Shown one piece after another: positions 8,928 to 19,400 of a stretch of DNA of 64,000 nt (its first letter is position 1; every line of letters begins with the position of its first letter). The notes under the pieces were generated by a model. It was not told where the DNA came from. It did no database searches and saw only the letters and a program-made list of their open reading frames with translations. The stretch comes from a virus. Position numbers and translations under genes: made by a program. Location of the stretch: the IMG/VR virus record IMGVR_UViG_3300031159_000070, positions 73,048 to 137,047 of that record; one strand, written 5' to 3'.

Positions 8928-10603
8928 TGCCAGAGAATCGCAGCGCCTACGCCAGGGATCTTCTGCGGTCCATGACTGCCGAGACCCCGAAGACGTCCGT
9001 CGTGCGCATTTCCAGTCCACCACGTGCCGAGCTCACCCCCCAAGACTACGTCGAGGCCGCACGCCGCAAGCGCGCACAGCGCGAGGCGATGGAAGTGCTC
9101 AATGCGGCGCGCAGCCGCGGCATCACCCCGGTCATGCGCGAGGCCAAGGACGCCAAGCGCGAGGCGTTCTCGACCACTGCTATGAACGTCAAGCCGGGAC
9201 CAACTCGTGTCTGGGTCGAAGGCTTCAGGCGCAAGGACGGCACCCGGGTCGAAGGTCACTGGCGCACCAACCCCAGCCCGGCAAAGCCGCCTCAGCCCAA
9301 GACGCATCCCATGGCGCGGCCGAAGTCCGCTTCAGCGCCCGGCGAGAAAGAGATCGCCGATATGTCGCTCATCGACATGGCCTCGCCGACCGGTGCCGTT
9401 CTGGTCGGAGCCGCTGCCATCAAGGCGCTCTACGACGGCTACAAGACGGTCAAGGCTTATACCGACGCCATTCGCGGCAAACGCCCGCTCACCTACACGA
9501 TCCGCCCGGACGGCACTGTCGCGCCATACTCGGATCAAGCGGCAGAAGCCGGAAAGGTGCTCGCCGAGATCGCGGTCACAAAAGGCCTGCCAGCAGCCGT
9601 GGCGCGCTCTGCAGTACGCGGCATAGCACGCGACCGCCTCAACACCTTCATCGGCCCGGAAGGTGCGGAAAACCTCGCCAAGGCTGGGCTGCGTCATCCG
9701 GATGACTGGGGCGGCATCAACCGGCTCGCTGCCGCCAAGCAAGCCTGGGGCAAGGGCAAGGGCGATGAAGAGGTCTGGCGCGAGTTCGGCTGGACCAGAG
9801 CCAATACCTGGGGGCCGTGGAACCAGGGCGATCAGCCGGCCACAGTCATTGCGGATAATCGCGTCGCCCTGAAGCCGTTGAGTCCCGGCCAGCATGGCGG
9901 ATCGCTCAAGGATTTCATTGATGCGGATGAGCTGTTCGTCGCGGAACCCAGGTCAGCGATGGTGCCAACCGTCGTCACCATCAGGGAAGGGTTGACGCAT
10001 GGTGGCGCGACACGCCCCTACGAGTCAGGCCAGCCCAAGAAGCCAGAAAAGTGGCCTCGTATGTCATCGCGGCAGCGGGCGATGTGGCTTGATGCCAATC
10101 GGCCGCGCCTTCTTCCACGGGATATCGATGTCACGGCTCCTGTCGCCGATCGCAATCTGCTGGAAACGCTGATGCACGAGACTCAGCACACCGTGCAGAT
10201 GTTCCAGAATGTCCCGACCGTTCACATGGAGATGCTGGGGTACATGCTGCATGGCACCGAGGCACAGCGTTTGCTGGCTTTACGCGTGCGCGATGTCGAG
10301 AACCAACTCCTCGCCATCAAGGCTTCGCCGCAACCCGACTGGGAACAGATCTTCAAGCTGAATGAATTGCTGTCCGACCTGAAATGGCGGATGGACAGAT
10401 CTGCAACGCACGCGCGCTATCTGGACGTCCCTTGGGAGCGGCAGGCGCGCGAAGGGCACCTGCGGCGGCGCATGACGCTCGAGGAAAACCGCGAGGTGGT
10501 GCCCGGCAAGATGGACGTCTACGCGCCGGAAGCTTTTCCGGGATTGGATTATGCCGGCACCTGGGGGCTCCCGCCGTCAGCCTTCAGGCCTCCGAAGAAG
10601 TAG
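8927..10603 (+). CDS. Candidate virion-cargo protein B (LPD23-like plus HExxH metallopeptidase)
   Basis: FIGPEGAENL, EEVWREFGW, GSLKDFIDADELF and TLMHETQHTVQ motifs; N-terminus paralogous to protein A. Confidence 0.7.
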   Translation: MPENRSAYARDLLRSMTAETPKTSVVRISSPPRAELTPQDYVEAARRKRAQREAMEVLNAARSRGITPVMREAKDAKREAFSTTAMNVKPGPTRVWVEGFRRKDGTRVEGHWRTNPSPAKPPQPKTHPMARPKSASAPGEKEIADMSLIDMASPTGAVLVGAAAIKALYDGYKTVKAYTDAIRGKRPLTYTIRPDGTVAPYSDQAAEAGKVLAEIAVTKGLPAAVARSAVRGIARDRLNTFIGPEGAENLAKAGLRHPDDWGGINRLAAAKQAWGKGKGDEEVWREFGWTRANTWGPWNQGDQPATVIADNRVALKPLSPGQHGGSLKDFIDADELFVAEPRSAMVPTVVTIREGLTHGGATRPYESGQPKKPEKWPRMSSRQRAMWLDANRPRLLPRDIDVTAPVADRNLLETLMHETQHTVQMFQNVPTVHMEMLGYMLHGTEAQRLLALRVRDVENQLLAIKASPQPDWEQIFKLNELLSDLKWRMDRSATHARYLDVPWERQAREGHLRRRMTLEENREVVPGKMDVYAPEAFPGLDYAGTWGLPPSAFRPPKK

Positions 10604-11009
10604 GGGCGAGCCATGCTGCCCGCCAGGCCTCGTTCCAGCCCGGTGGGCTGATATCGTCGTCATCGTCGAAGTCCACCGGTGGATCGGCGATGACCCGGCC
10701 TTCGACCCGTCCCACACGACCGAAGCGCCGGCGCATGACAAGGCGTTTGCTTTCTCCGTCGAGCTCATCACCGATCGTTACCCAGCCGAGCGCGACGGCG
10801 CAGTCTAAGCCAATGCCGAGCCCCTGCAGGTCCTCGCCGCGCCGGAAAAAGCGCTTCACCCCGTTCGGCCACGCGTGCGGAGCAACCGCGCACGTCTGCT
10901 CGTCAAGATAAGCCCAGCGCCAGCTCTTCTGCCACCAGACAGCGACCTTGCCGGCGTAGAGATCGAGGTCCCAGGCACTCGCGCGGACGATGTGTTCGTG
11001 AGTGAGCAT
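10584..11009 (-). CDS. Hypothetical protein (opposite-strand insert)
   Basis: MLTHEHIVRASAWDLDLYAGK... has protein-like composition and fills the gap between 10603 and 11124. Confidence 0.45.
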   Translation of the reverse strand: MLTHEHIVRASAWDLDLYAGKVAVWWQKSWRWAYLDEQTCAVAPHAWPNGVKRFFRRGEDLQGLGIGLDCAVALGWVTIGDELDGESKRLVMRRRFGRVGRVEGRVIADPPVDFDDDDDISPPGWNEAWRAAWLAPTSSEA

Positions 11010-11123
11010 TCCGAGTCTCGTGCGGCAACCAGCCGTTCTTACCGACTTTGCACTGAATTTGCCGGACGTCGAGGCGTCCATCAAGGCTGGCTCGATCCTG
11101 GTCGGGCCTTCACGGAGATCGTC

Positions 11124-12068
11124 ATGCCTGAAATCACGGACGACAGAACGCGTTATCGCAAGGCGCTCGTGCACGTGATGGCGGAAGCCGCCCGCGGCGC
11201 GACCATCCTGAACGTATGGGCGCCGCCCACCACTCCGCCGCCAGCACGCGTGGCGCTGGGCGTCCTCGGCGGAGCTGGGATGGGGGGAATTGCAGCCATG
11301 GGTGTCATCTGGCGCGGCGCAAGCGGCGAAGAGCTGACGCCGCCGCTGCGCTTCTCACCTATCGAGCGCATTCTCGGCGAGGCGGCAGCAAGCGGCGGCA
11401 CCGGCTTCGTCATGGCGGCCGGCATCACCCGCAGCCTCGCCAGATCATCCGTCATCGGCGGGCGCATCGCTATGGCGACGGCCGCCGGTGCTGCTGCCGC
11501 CGAAACGGTGCGTGCGCTCGATGACGTGATCGCGCGTGGTCGCGTCATGGATGAAGCGGCCGAAACGCTCCAGGAGTTGAAAGAGAAAACCGAGGAGCGT
11601 CTTGACCGAGTCCGTGAACTGATCAACGAGCGCATCGAGGAAATCGCCCCCGACATACCGAAATTGCCGGCAATTTCCGAAATGCCGGTCTTCGACTTCA
11701 TCTCGCGTCAGGTCGCGAAGTTTCGTGAGCGCAAGGCAATCGAAGACAAGAACGTGGCCCGCGTCACTGGCAATACCGAGGCCAAGCGCGAAGCCACGGA
11801 GAAGGTCCAGAGAGTCTTTGGTCTCGGCCGCGAGATCAAGGGCGCCGAGCTTGAGGCGCTTCTAGAGGCAAGTGACCGCGCTCGTGAGGTCGCTCGCGCC
11901 CTAATGCGCAAAGCCCAGCCAGCCCCGGCGCCAAAGGTGCTGCAGCTCAAGAGCGAAGTGCCGACGCGAAAGCAGGTCTCAAACGTCAAGGGTTTCTGGC
12001 GCACGCGGACGTCGCCCGATGGCCGCAAGATCCGTGAGTACGTTCGCCCGCATAGCCGGAAAATTTGA
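11124..12068 (+). CDS. Candidate virion-cargo protein C
   Basis: SD GGAGA then ATG 11124; Gly/Ala-rich hydrophobic segments; C-terminal motifs shared with A, B and D. Confidence 0.65.
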   Translation: MPEITDDRTRYRKALVHVMAEAARGATILNVWAPPTTPPPARVALGVLGGAGMGGIAAMGVIWRGASGEELTPPLRFSPIERILGEAAASGGTGFVMAAGITRSLARSSVIGGRIAMATAAGAAAAETVRALDDVIARGRVMDEAAETLQELKEKTEERLDRVRELINERIEEIAPDIPKLPAISEMPVFDFISRQVAKFRERKAIEDKNVARVTGNTEAKREATEKVQRVFGLGREIKGAELEALLEASDRAREVARALMRKAQPAPAPKVLQLKSEVPTRKQVSNVKGFWRTRTSPDGRKIREYVRPHSRKI

Positions 12069-12091
12069 TCTTCATCAGAAAGGATAAGGTC

Positions 12092-12982
12092 ATGCCAAAG
12101 CGTCGGAAGCCTGGTCAGGATCATCGCAGAAGCTATCTCGATATCCTGAAGAGCGCCGCGCGCAGCGTGCAGAAGGAGATCGACGAGAATCTCGAGGAAG
12201 CCAAGCGTTTCGCGCGTCAAGTCGAGACAGAAGCCAAGCGGCGCATCCTGCTCACCATCGTGCAGGACAACGGCAACCTGCAGGCCAAGGCGCTGCGATT
12301 CGCCGCCGACAAAGCGCCCATCCAGACGTTCGACGTCATCACCACCATGGCCTTGCGAAATCCCGAGGGTGTTGCATGGTTCCTCTTCGGGCCAGAGGCT
12401 GCACAAAAGGTTACCAAAGGGCTGAAGTTCGCCGATGACCTGAAGCGGTCGATCCGTGCACAGTTCCCTGGCTCCAAGCGCACTGAGGAGTCGATCAGAC
12501 GCCAGAAAGAATTGCAGCAGCGGATGCGCGAGCGGGCGAGGGCGCGCGCTGAGCAGGAGGCGCTCGCCATCAAGCCGAAGCCCGGGGAGCTTGCCGGCGA
12601 ACGGCTTGAGCGTCTGTTGCGGGAAAGCGATGAGCGCAGAGAGCGCGCCTTGCGCGAAAGAGGCGAGCTCCCACGGCGAACATCTGACAGCCTGACCACA
12701 TCTCGCGATGCCAGCGTCGCTTTTGTTCAAGATGCCGTTGCGGTGCAGGCGGCCAAAAACCGGCAACGTCGTGCGCTCGAGCAGAAGAACGCACTGCGTG
12801 TGAGCGGTGCTGACCCGGAAAAGATCCGTGCTGCCAATCAGGCGTTTCGCGATGCCATCGCAGCCGTGCGCCGGCAGCGGGAAGATGAGCGGGAAGAGAC
12901 CAACAGCCGCGGCGACATCAAGGTCAGGAGCTATGTGCGCTCCGACGGCACTCGCGTGCGCGCCTTCCGCCGGTCGAGGTGA
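12092..12982 (+). CDS. Candidate virion-cargo protein D
   Basis: SD-like AAGG before ATG 12092; ends IKVRSYVRSDGTRVRAFRRSR. Confidence 0.65.
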   Translation: MPKRRKPGQDHRRSYLDILKSAARSVQKEIDENLEEAKRFARQVETEAKRRILLTIVQDNGNLQAKALRFAADKAPIQTFDVITTMALRNPEGVAWFLFGPEAAQKVTKGLKFADDLKRSIRAQFPGSKRTEESIRRQKELQQRMRERARARAEQEALAIKPKPGELAGERLERLLRESDERRERALRERGELPRRTSDSLTTSRDASVAFVQDAVAVQAAKNRQRRALEQKNALRVSGADPEKIRAANQAFRDAIAAVRRQREDEREETNSRGDIKVRSYVRSDGTRVRAFRRSR

Positions 12983-12985
12983 TTC

Positions 12986-13396
12986 ATGAGCAGCAATATC
13001 ATCGGCGATGTCGCTCGGCGTGAGAAGCTGCGCAGGGAAATCGAACACGGCGCCGAAACCCAGCGCCAGCTCGTCAACTCTCTCTCGCCCATCGATCGCG
13101 CGCGCCGCGCACGCCTTGATCCTGATGCAGTGAAGGGTCGTTTTCTCGATCGCTCTGCGCTTTCCGCCTACGGACACCAGGAGCAGCAGGGCAGGGATGA
13201 TCCGCTGGCGTCCTATGGCCATTCCCATCAGCAGCAGCTCGGAATCGTGAACGATCAGGTCGCCGTTCTGAAAAATCGCCTCGCACAGTCCGACGAAGAT
13301 GCCGAGCGCGCCGAGTGGCAAAAGCAACAGCGCGTTTCGGCGCCCGATCCTGAGACGATCGATCCGCGGGGGCTTGCAAACCGTAAGGACGCCTGA
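12986..13396 (+). CDS. Hypothetical protein with a short internal repeat
   Basis: Closely spaced in the operon; LSAYGHQEQQ / LASYGHSHQQQ repeat. Confidence 0.6.
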   Translation: MSSNIIGDVARREKLRREIEHGAETQRQLVNSLSPIDRARRARLDPDAVKGRFLDRSALSAYGHQEQQGRDDPLASYGHSHQQQLGIVNDQVAVLKNRLAQSDEDAERAEWQKQQRVSAPDPETIDPRGLANRKDA

Positions 13397-13404
13397 GTTC
13401 CTGC

Positions 13405-16400
13405 ATGCCGGATACTCGCCTCGACGAGCTCGTCAAGCACCGCATCGGGCTTGAGAGATACCAGACGAGCATTTTGCGCCAGGTCATCCCTGTGCTGCAC
13501 GACGCTGAACAGGATCTCGTGCAGATCATTCGCGAGAAGCTGTTCGATCCGCGTCTTACGCTGTCGGAGGCCCGTCGCCTCGAGACCACGCTGCGCATGG
13601 TGCGCAAAGCGCAGCTCGAGGCCTACGAAGTCATCTTCAAGCGACTGTGGAGCGAGTACCGCGGTCTGTCCGCCCATGAGGCAGACTGGGCGAAAAGCTA
13701 CTATCGCGATCTGTTCGCCGTCCAGCACAGCATCGAGGTGCCTTCGGCATCCATGCTTGTCGCCGCGGCTTTGGAGCGGCCGATGTCCGGCCGCCATCTC
13801 AAGGCCTGGGCCGACAAAATGACCGCCGAGCACATTGCCGAGGTCGAGCGGCAGATCAGGCTTGGCGTCATTGAAGGCGAGTCCATCGATCAGATGGTGC
13901 GCCGGCTCCGTGGCACCGAGGCCTTCCGGTTTCGCGATGGCGTGACGGCAAAGCAAAGGCGCAGTCTCGAGGCTCTGGTCCGCACGTCCGTCAACCACAT
14001 CACGAACGCAGCGCATCTGAGCTTTCTGCAGCAGAACCCCGAGGTCTTCAAGAAAGTCCAGTTCGTTGCGGTGCTCGACAACCGCACGACGCCGCGCTGC
14101 CGGTCGCTCTCAGGCCAGATCTTCGACGTCGATAAGGCGCCCGTCCCTCCCTTGCACGTCAACTGCCGTTCGACGCTGGTCGGGCTGCCGACGGCGCCGG
14201 ACGGCACACCGGCTGCTGAGCCGCTGGCCGATGTCTCATACGAGGAATGGCTTCGCGAGCAGCCGGTTGCGGTCCAGGAAGATGTGCTGGGCGTCGCCAA
14301 GGCCAAGCTCTTCCGCATCGGCGATCTCAAGCTCGATCGCTTTGTCGACCACACCGGCAAGGAGCTGACCCTCGATCAGCTGAAGCGTCAGGAGCGTGCC
14401 GCCTGGGAGCGTACGTTTCTGACCGCCGAAGATCGCCGCGCAATGTCCGTCATCCGACGCGTCAACAGCCTCGTCAACCGCGCGCCAGAGGACCTGAGGC
14501 CGCTGGCAGAGATCGGTCAGCGCGCCTGGCAGTTCCTGCGCTTTCATTCCAGTCAGTGGCTCGAGGCTGTCGCGACCCAATGGAGCCGGCCGGTTGATCC
14601 TGAGCTCGTCAGCCTCGTGTTCCTGCTCGATTTCTTCGATGGGCCGGTAACCGTCCAGCTCTACCGCTCATCGGCGTTCTGGCGCTCGATCATCCGCCGG
14701 GGATTGCGGCCGCGGCCGGCTCTTGTCTACCCTCATACCCGCATGCCGCGCGGGCTCATCGTGCATCCGACCGTGCGGCGTGTGCGCGGCGAGCTGTTCC
14801 CGCCGCCAGGTCGCTCACGCTCTCCGGTGCCCGTCGGTCCACGGCCGCGGCCGGGCGAAGGCATCATCATCGACATCGATCCGACCCGTCCACCGCAGCC
14901 ACCGACACCCAGGCCGATCGTTCCGCCCCGCCGGCCTGACAGCATCATTATCCCTCCGGGCCGCAGAGGGCCTGCAACACGACGGCCGCCTGCCGACATG
15001 CCGGTGCCACCACCGCGCGCGCCGGTGCCGACGGAGCGCCTGCCGCACGTCATGCGCGTCATCCCCGACAAGGGCGCCGAGGCGATCATCCCGAAGATCG
15101 CCGATGACGTGCAGTCGCTGCCGCCGCCGAGCCCGGTGCGCGTTCTGCCCTCGCCACAGCCAAGCCAGCTGCCGGCAAGAGTTCCGGCGCTCACCAACAA
15201 TCTTCCGGCACCCAAGAATCCGCTGCGCATCACGGTGCCTGAGCTCGAGGCCGAGCTCGATCGTCTGCTGCCCAAGGAAGGCGCTCGCTTCAATGTCGAG
15301 GATGCGTTGCGCAATCTCTGGAACGCGTTCAAGCAGCGCGGGCACGATGGCTTCGAGATCCTCGACAGCCAAGGCGTGCCGCGGGTCAGGATCGGCATCA
15401 ACGAGGATCAGCTCACCACGTTTCTCGACCGCTGGCGCGCGGCGCGTGCCGCCTTCGACCAAGCTCAGCGCCCGCTGCTGCCGGCTCCACCCGCACGTCC
15501 TGCGTTGCCCGGGGCAGCACGTGTCGCCGATCGGATCGAGGTGCGGCCGGGTGCGCAGGCGCCGAATGTCATTCATCTGCCCTATCGCCCGCCACCGCAC
15601 CCATTGCCGCCCCACGGCGTACCAGGCGATCTTGCGGCTGTGGCCAAGAACCAGCTTGGCAATGGTATCAGAGCCATCGAGGATCTGCCCAAGCCACGCG
15701 CGCGTCGCCGCGTGCCGCTTGCGCCCCGCATTGCCGCGCGCCGCGCGCGCGAGGCAGAGGCGCGCCGGCTTGTCGCCGAACAGCAGATCCGCGATCTGCT
15801 TGCCGAGCTCAATGAGATCAACGCCGGGCTGGAAGGCCTGCGTCCGATCTCACGCCAGCTGCAGGCGCGTGCCGACGTGCTGCAACGACTCACCTTGCAG
15901 AACAGGCTCGAAACGGACGTCACGGTCTATCGCCCCGTCCGCTGGGCGAACTTCGCCGAGCGTATGGGCCCGTCTCCGGCGCGACTCGATAAGGTCATCT
16001 TCGAGTCTCCGTCGTTCCTGAGCGGCACCGGGAACGAGATCACTGCCTTCGAGGCAGGTGCTCGCTTCGGCAAAGGGCCGCTTGTCGTCATGCGCATCAA
16101 CCTCAAGAAGGGCGACGTCGCCCTGGCAGGCAACCGTGAGGCGCATGAGCTGGTGCTGCCGGCAGGCTCCCGCCTCAAGGTGACGGCGGTGCGCCGCATG
16201 CGCGCTTCCGAGATTCCGGCCGATCTGCGCAATCTCTACCCGCAGAACCAGGAGTTCTGGCTGGCTGACATCGAGATGGTGCGGCCAGGAGATCCGGTCG
16301 ACCGTGCCATCACGGCCGCCCGCACGACCCAGCAGCGTTACGTCGACCGCATGCTGCGCACGCCGCTCGACAACGAGGCCGAGCAGGCCATGCGGCGCAC

Positions 16401-19400
16401 GCCATACGCTCCGTTCCGTCAGGTGGGTGAAGGCGTTGACGAGTGGCCGGTCTACGATCCGTCGTCCGGCGAGATGCTGGTCGGTCCGCCGAAAGCCCAT
16501 CCCATCATTGTCCTTGGCCGCGAGCAGCGTGCGATCGATCCGACGGATGCGGCATCGGCTCCGCTGTTCCGTCGGGCGCTGGGCACGCTCATCAATCGGT
16601 CCGGCCGTGCTCAGCCGTTGACGAATGAGATCGCCAAAGAGGCTGAGGAGATCGGCAATCGCTACGTCAAAGGCTTTTCTCTCGAGCGGTTCCTGCGCCG
16701 GCTCGATGCCGGCAATCTCTCGAAAGCGGATCGCTTTCTGCCTGAGCCGCGCGCCGACATCGTGCGCAAGGTGCGCGAGCTGATCGATGTCGATATGGAG
16801 CAATTCGGCGATGCCGCCGGGCCGCTCGGGCATGCGCTGCTGAAGAAGGATCCGGTGGCGTTCGCGCGCATGGTCTCGCAGCTGTCGGACGCGCGCATGA
16901 GCCAATACTTCCTCGACCGCGGCTATGATGCGACGCGCGCCGCAGTGGAGGGCGCGGAGCTCCAGCGTGGTGCCCGGCTGTTCGCTGAGCTGGTCGATGG
17001 CATCACCAAGGGCAAGGCGCGCGTCAAGTTCTACGACCTCGCCAACGTGGATGGAGCGCTCAGAACCTATCGTGGCAGAGAGCATCTGGCGCAGGCCTTT
17101 GAGGCTTGGTTCGCGCTGGAGTACAGCCCGAACCCGACCTGGCGCCGGATGATCGATCACATGATGCCTGGGCTGGACGAGGTGATGCGTCGGGTGCTGA
17201 GGGCGCGCTCGCGCGAGGCGTTCCCGGACGTGTGGGCGCCGACGCTGCGCATGGCCCACAACCGGCGCATCGTGGCCGATCCGCGCGCCATCGATGTCGA
17301 TCGTCTGACGTTTGAGCTGGAGGCGCCACCGGCCAGCATTGCCGCCGGCATACGCGAGAGCGTGCGGCAGCGGTTCTATGACTACCTCGAGGGCGAAGGG
17401 TCGCTCGCCAAGCGCGTTCACAACCAGATCGCCAAGGACCTCGGTATCTCGCGGCAGGATGTCGAGGTGCTGATCCGTGAAGCGCAGCGCGCGGGCTGGG
17501 TCAGGGCTCAGGGTCGCGGCTTCCGCGTGGTGCCGGCCGACAGGCGTCCGCCGCGCCCCGTCGGCACGCCGGCCATCTCCCCGACGCAGCATCAGCGCGA
17601 CCTATTCTACGACTATCTGGAAGGCAAGACCGGCGGCTCGGAGAAATCTCTCGGCTCGCTGAGCCAGGCTGCCTTGCGCGATCTGCAGCGCGAGATCGGC
17701 GCGACGCCGATACAGATGAGCCGCCTGACGTTTGAAGCGCAAGAGGTGGGCTGGCTCAAGCGCGATGCGCGCGGACAGCTCAGGCGCACATGGACCCGCG
17801 GTCTGGAGCGGACTGACAAGGCACCGCCGCCGCGGCCAAAGTCGCAAGATATCGAGCGGATCGAGGGGACACTTGGCACGCCTGCTGGTAGGATCGAACC
17901 GGCAGAGGCGCCGAAGCGACGGCGAGGTGACGATGGCGACTTTGGCGGAACTGGAGGCGCGGGAGAAGGACCTGCTGGGCCGGGCCCCCAAGGCGGAGGA
18001 CTATCCGAACCCGGAGGCCTTCGCGGAAGCGAGAGCGAGCTGGATCCGAACATACGGGCCAGCGCTGAGGATCCTCCGCTCAGAAATCTCCCGACGCAGA
18101 TCACAGTCCCGGGCCGCGGCAAGGTCACGTTCGGGCCGCTGAAGCAGGCGCGGCAAGCGGCAATCGACTACATGCGCGACGCGGGTCTGCCTTACAACCC
18201 GCCGCGCACCTACGTGAAAGTCGATCCGGCGCGTGCCAGGCGCATCGCCGAAGCCTATGAGGCGATGCCGCACAATCCCAACGATCCCGAGGTGAAGGCC
18301 GCCTTCAAGGCGATGATCGAGGAGACTCTGGCTCAGTATCAGTACATCAAGAAGACCGGTCTCAAGATCGAGATGATGGACCTCGATCAGCCCGACCCCT
18401 ATGCCGCTTCGCCGCGGCTCGCTCATCTCGACGTCATCGAGAACAACCACCTCTGGGTCTATCCGACGGACGCCGGCTTCGGATCGAATGCCGATTTCGA
18501 TGTCAGCGACAATCCGCTGATGCAGTTCACCGATGAGTACCTGAACGGCAAGCGCCTCAGGGCAAATGACGTGTTCCGCATCGTCCATGACTACTTCGGC
18601 CACTTCAAAGAGGGCGTCGGTTTCCGTGCAGATGGCGAGGAGAACGCGTGGCGCTCGCACAGCGCCATGTACTCGCCGCTCGCCCGGCGAGCGATGACGA
18701 CGGAGACGCGCGGACAGAACTCCTGGGTCAACTTTGGCCCGCACGGTGAGAAGAACCGCACGGCCAAGGCCGAAGATACGATCTTCGCCGACCAGAAAAC
18801 GGGCCTGCTCCCGCAATGGGTTGTTGACGAAGGCGCAGGCGATCCGCCGGACGTGACGCCCCCTGCGCAACCAGAGCCGACCCGAAACATTCTCGATCGG
18901 GCGCATCTCACAGAGCTTGTCCAGCGCATCGTCTCTGAAATGCGTGGTGTTCCGCTCGATCGCATCGCCCATCAGCGCCTCCCGGTGCGCACCGAGTCCG
19001 AACAGACGATGGTGAATGAGGTCTGGCGCCACGCCACGCTGTCGCCAGAGATCGAAAAGGTGATTTCAGGTGCCGAGTCCATCACGCTCTCTGAGCCGAC
19101 CGACGGGCCCACCTACTACGATCCTGTGACGGGAACGCTTGAGATCGGCCGGCGCAATCCTTCGGCGCCTCAGGACCGGGTCTGGATCCGCCACGAGTTC
19201 GGCCACCACCTCGACCTGCCGATGACGCCGGACGGAACGGTGGTGCAGTATTCGGCCGCGCCAGAGTTCGGCCTGGCCAAAGCGATGCAGGCCGATCTCG
19301 AGCAGCTGGCGCGCAGCTACGCGCCTGATGCGAAGGTCGTCCTGCGTGCCGAGTCCGCGCTGCAGCGGTTCAAGGATCGTTACGGGATCGATCTTGCGAA

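Noticed and set aside
10875-11123. Upstream GTG start for protein C and the plus-strand ORF 10551..10808
   Set aside because: ATG 11124 has an SD and the family N-terminal motif; the interval is better explained by a minus-strand gene
14723-16021. 432-aa alternative-frame ORF inside the MuF gene
   Set aside because: Arg/Ser/Cys-rich composition typical of off-frame GC-rich sequence, no clear SD; unlike the ORF at 17933
15850-17592. Long minus-strand ORFs (also 11708..13327, 3715..4836, 4664..5689, 49904..50938)
   Set aside because: Antisense shadows of high-GC genes with no recognisable motifs
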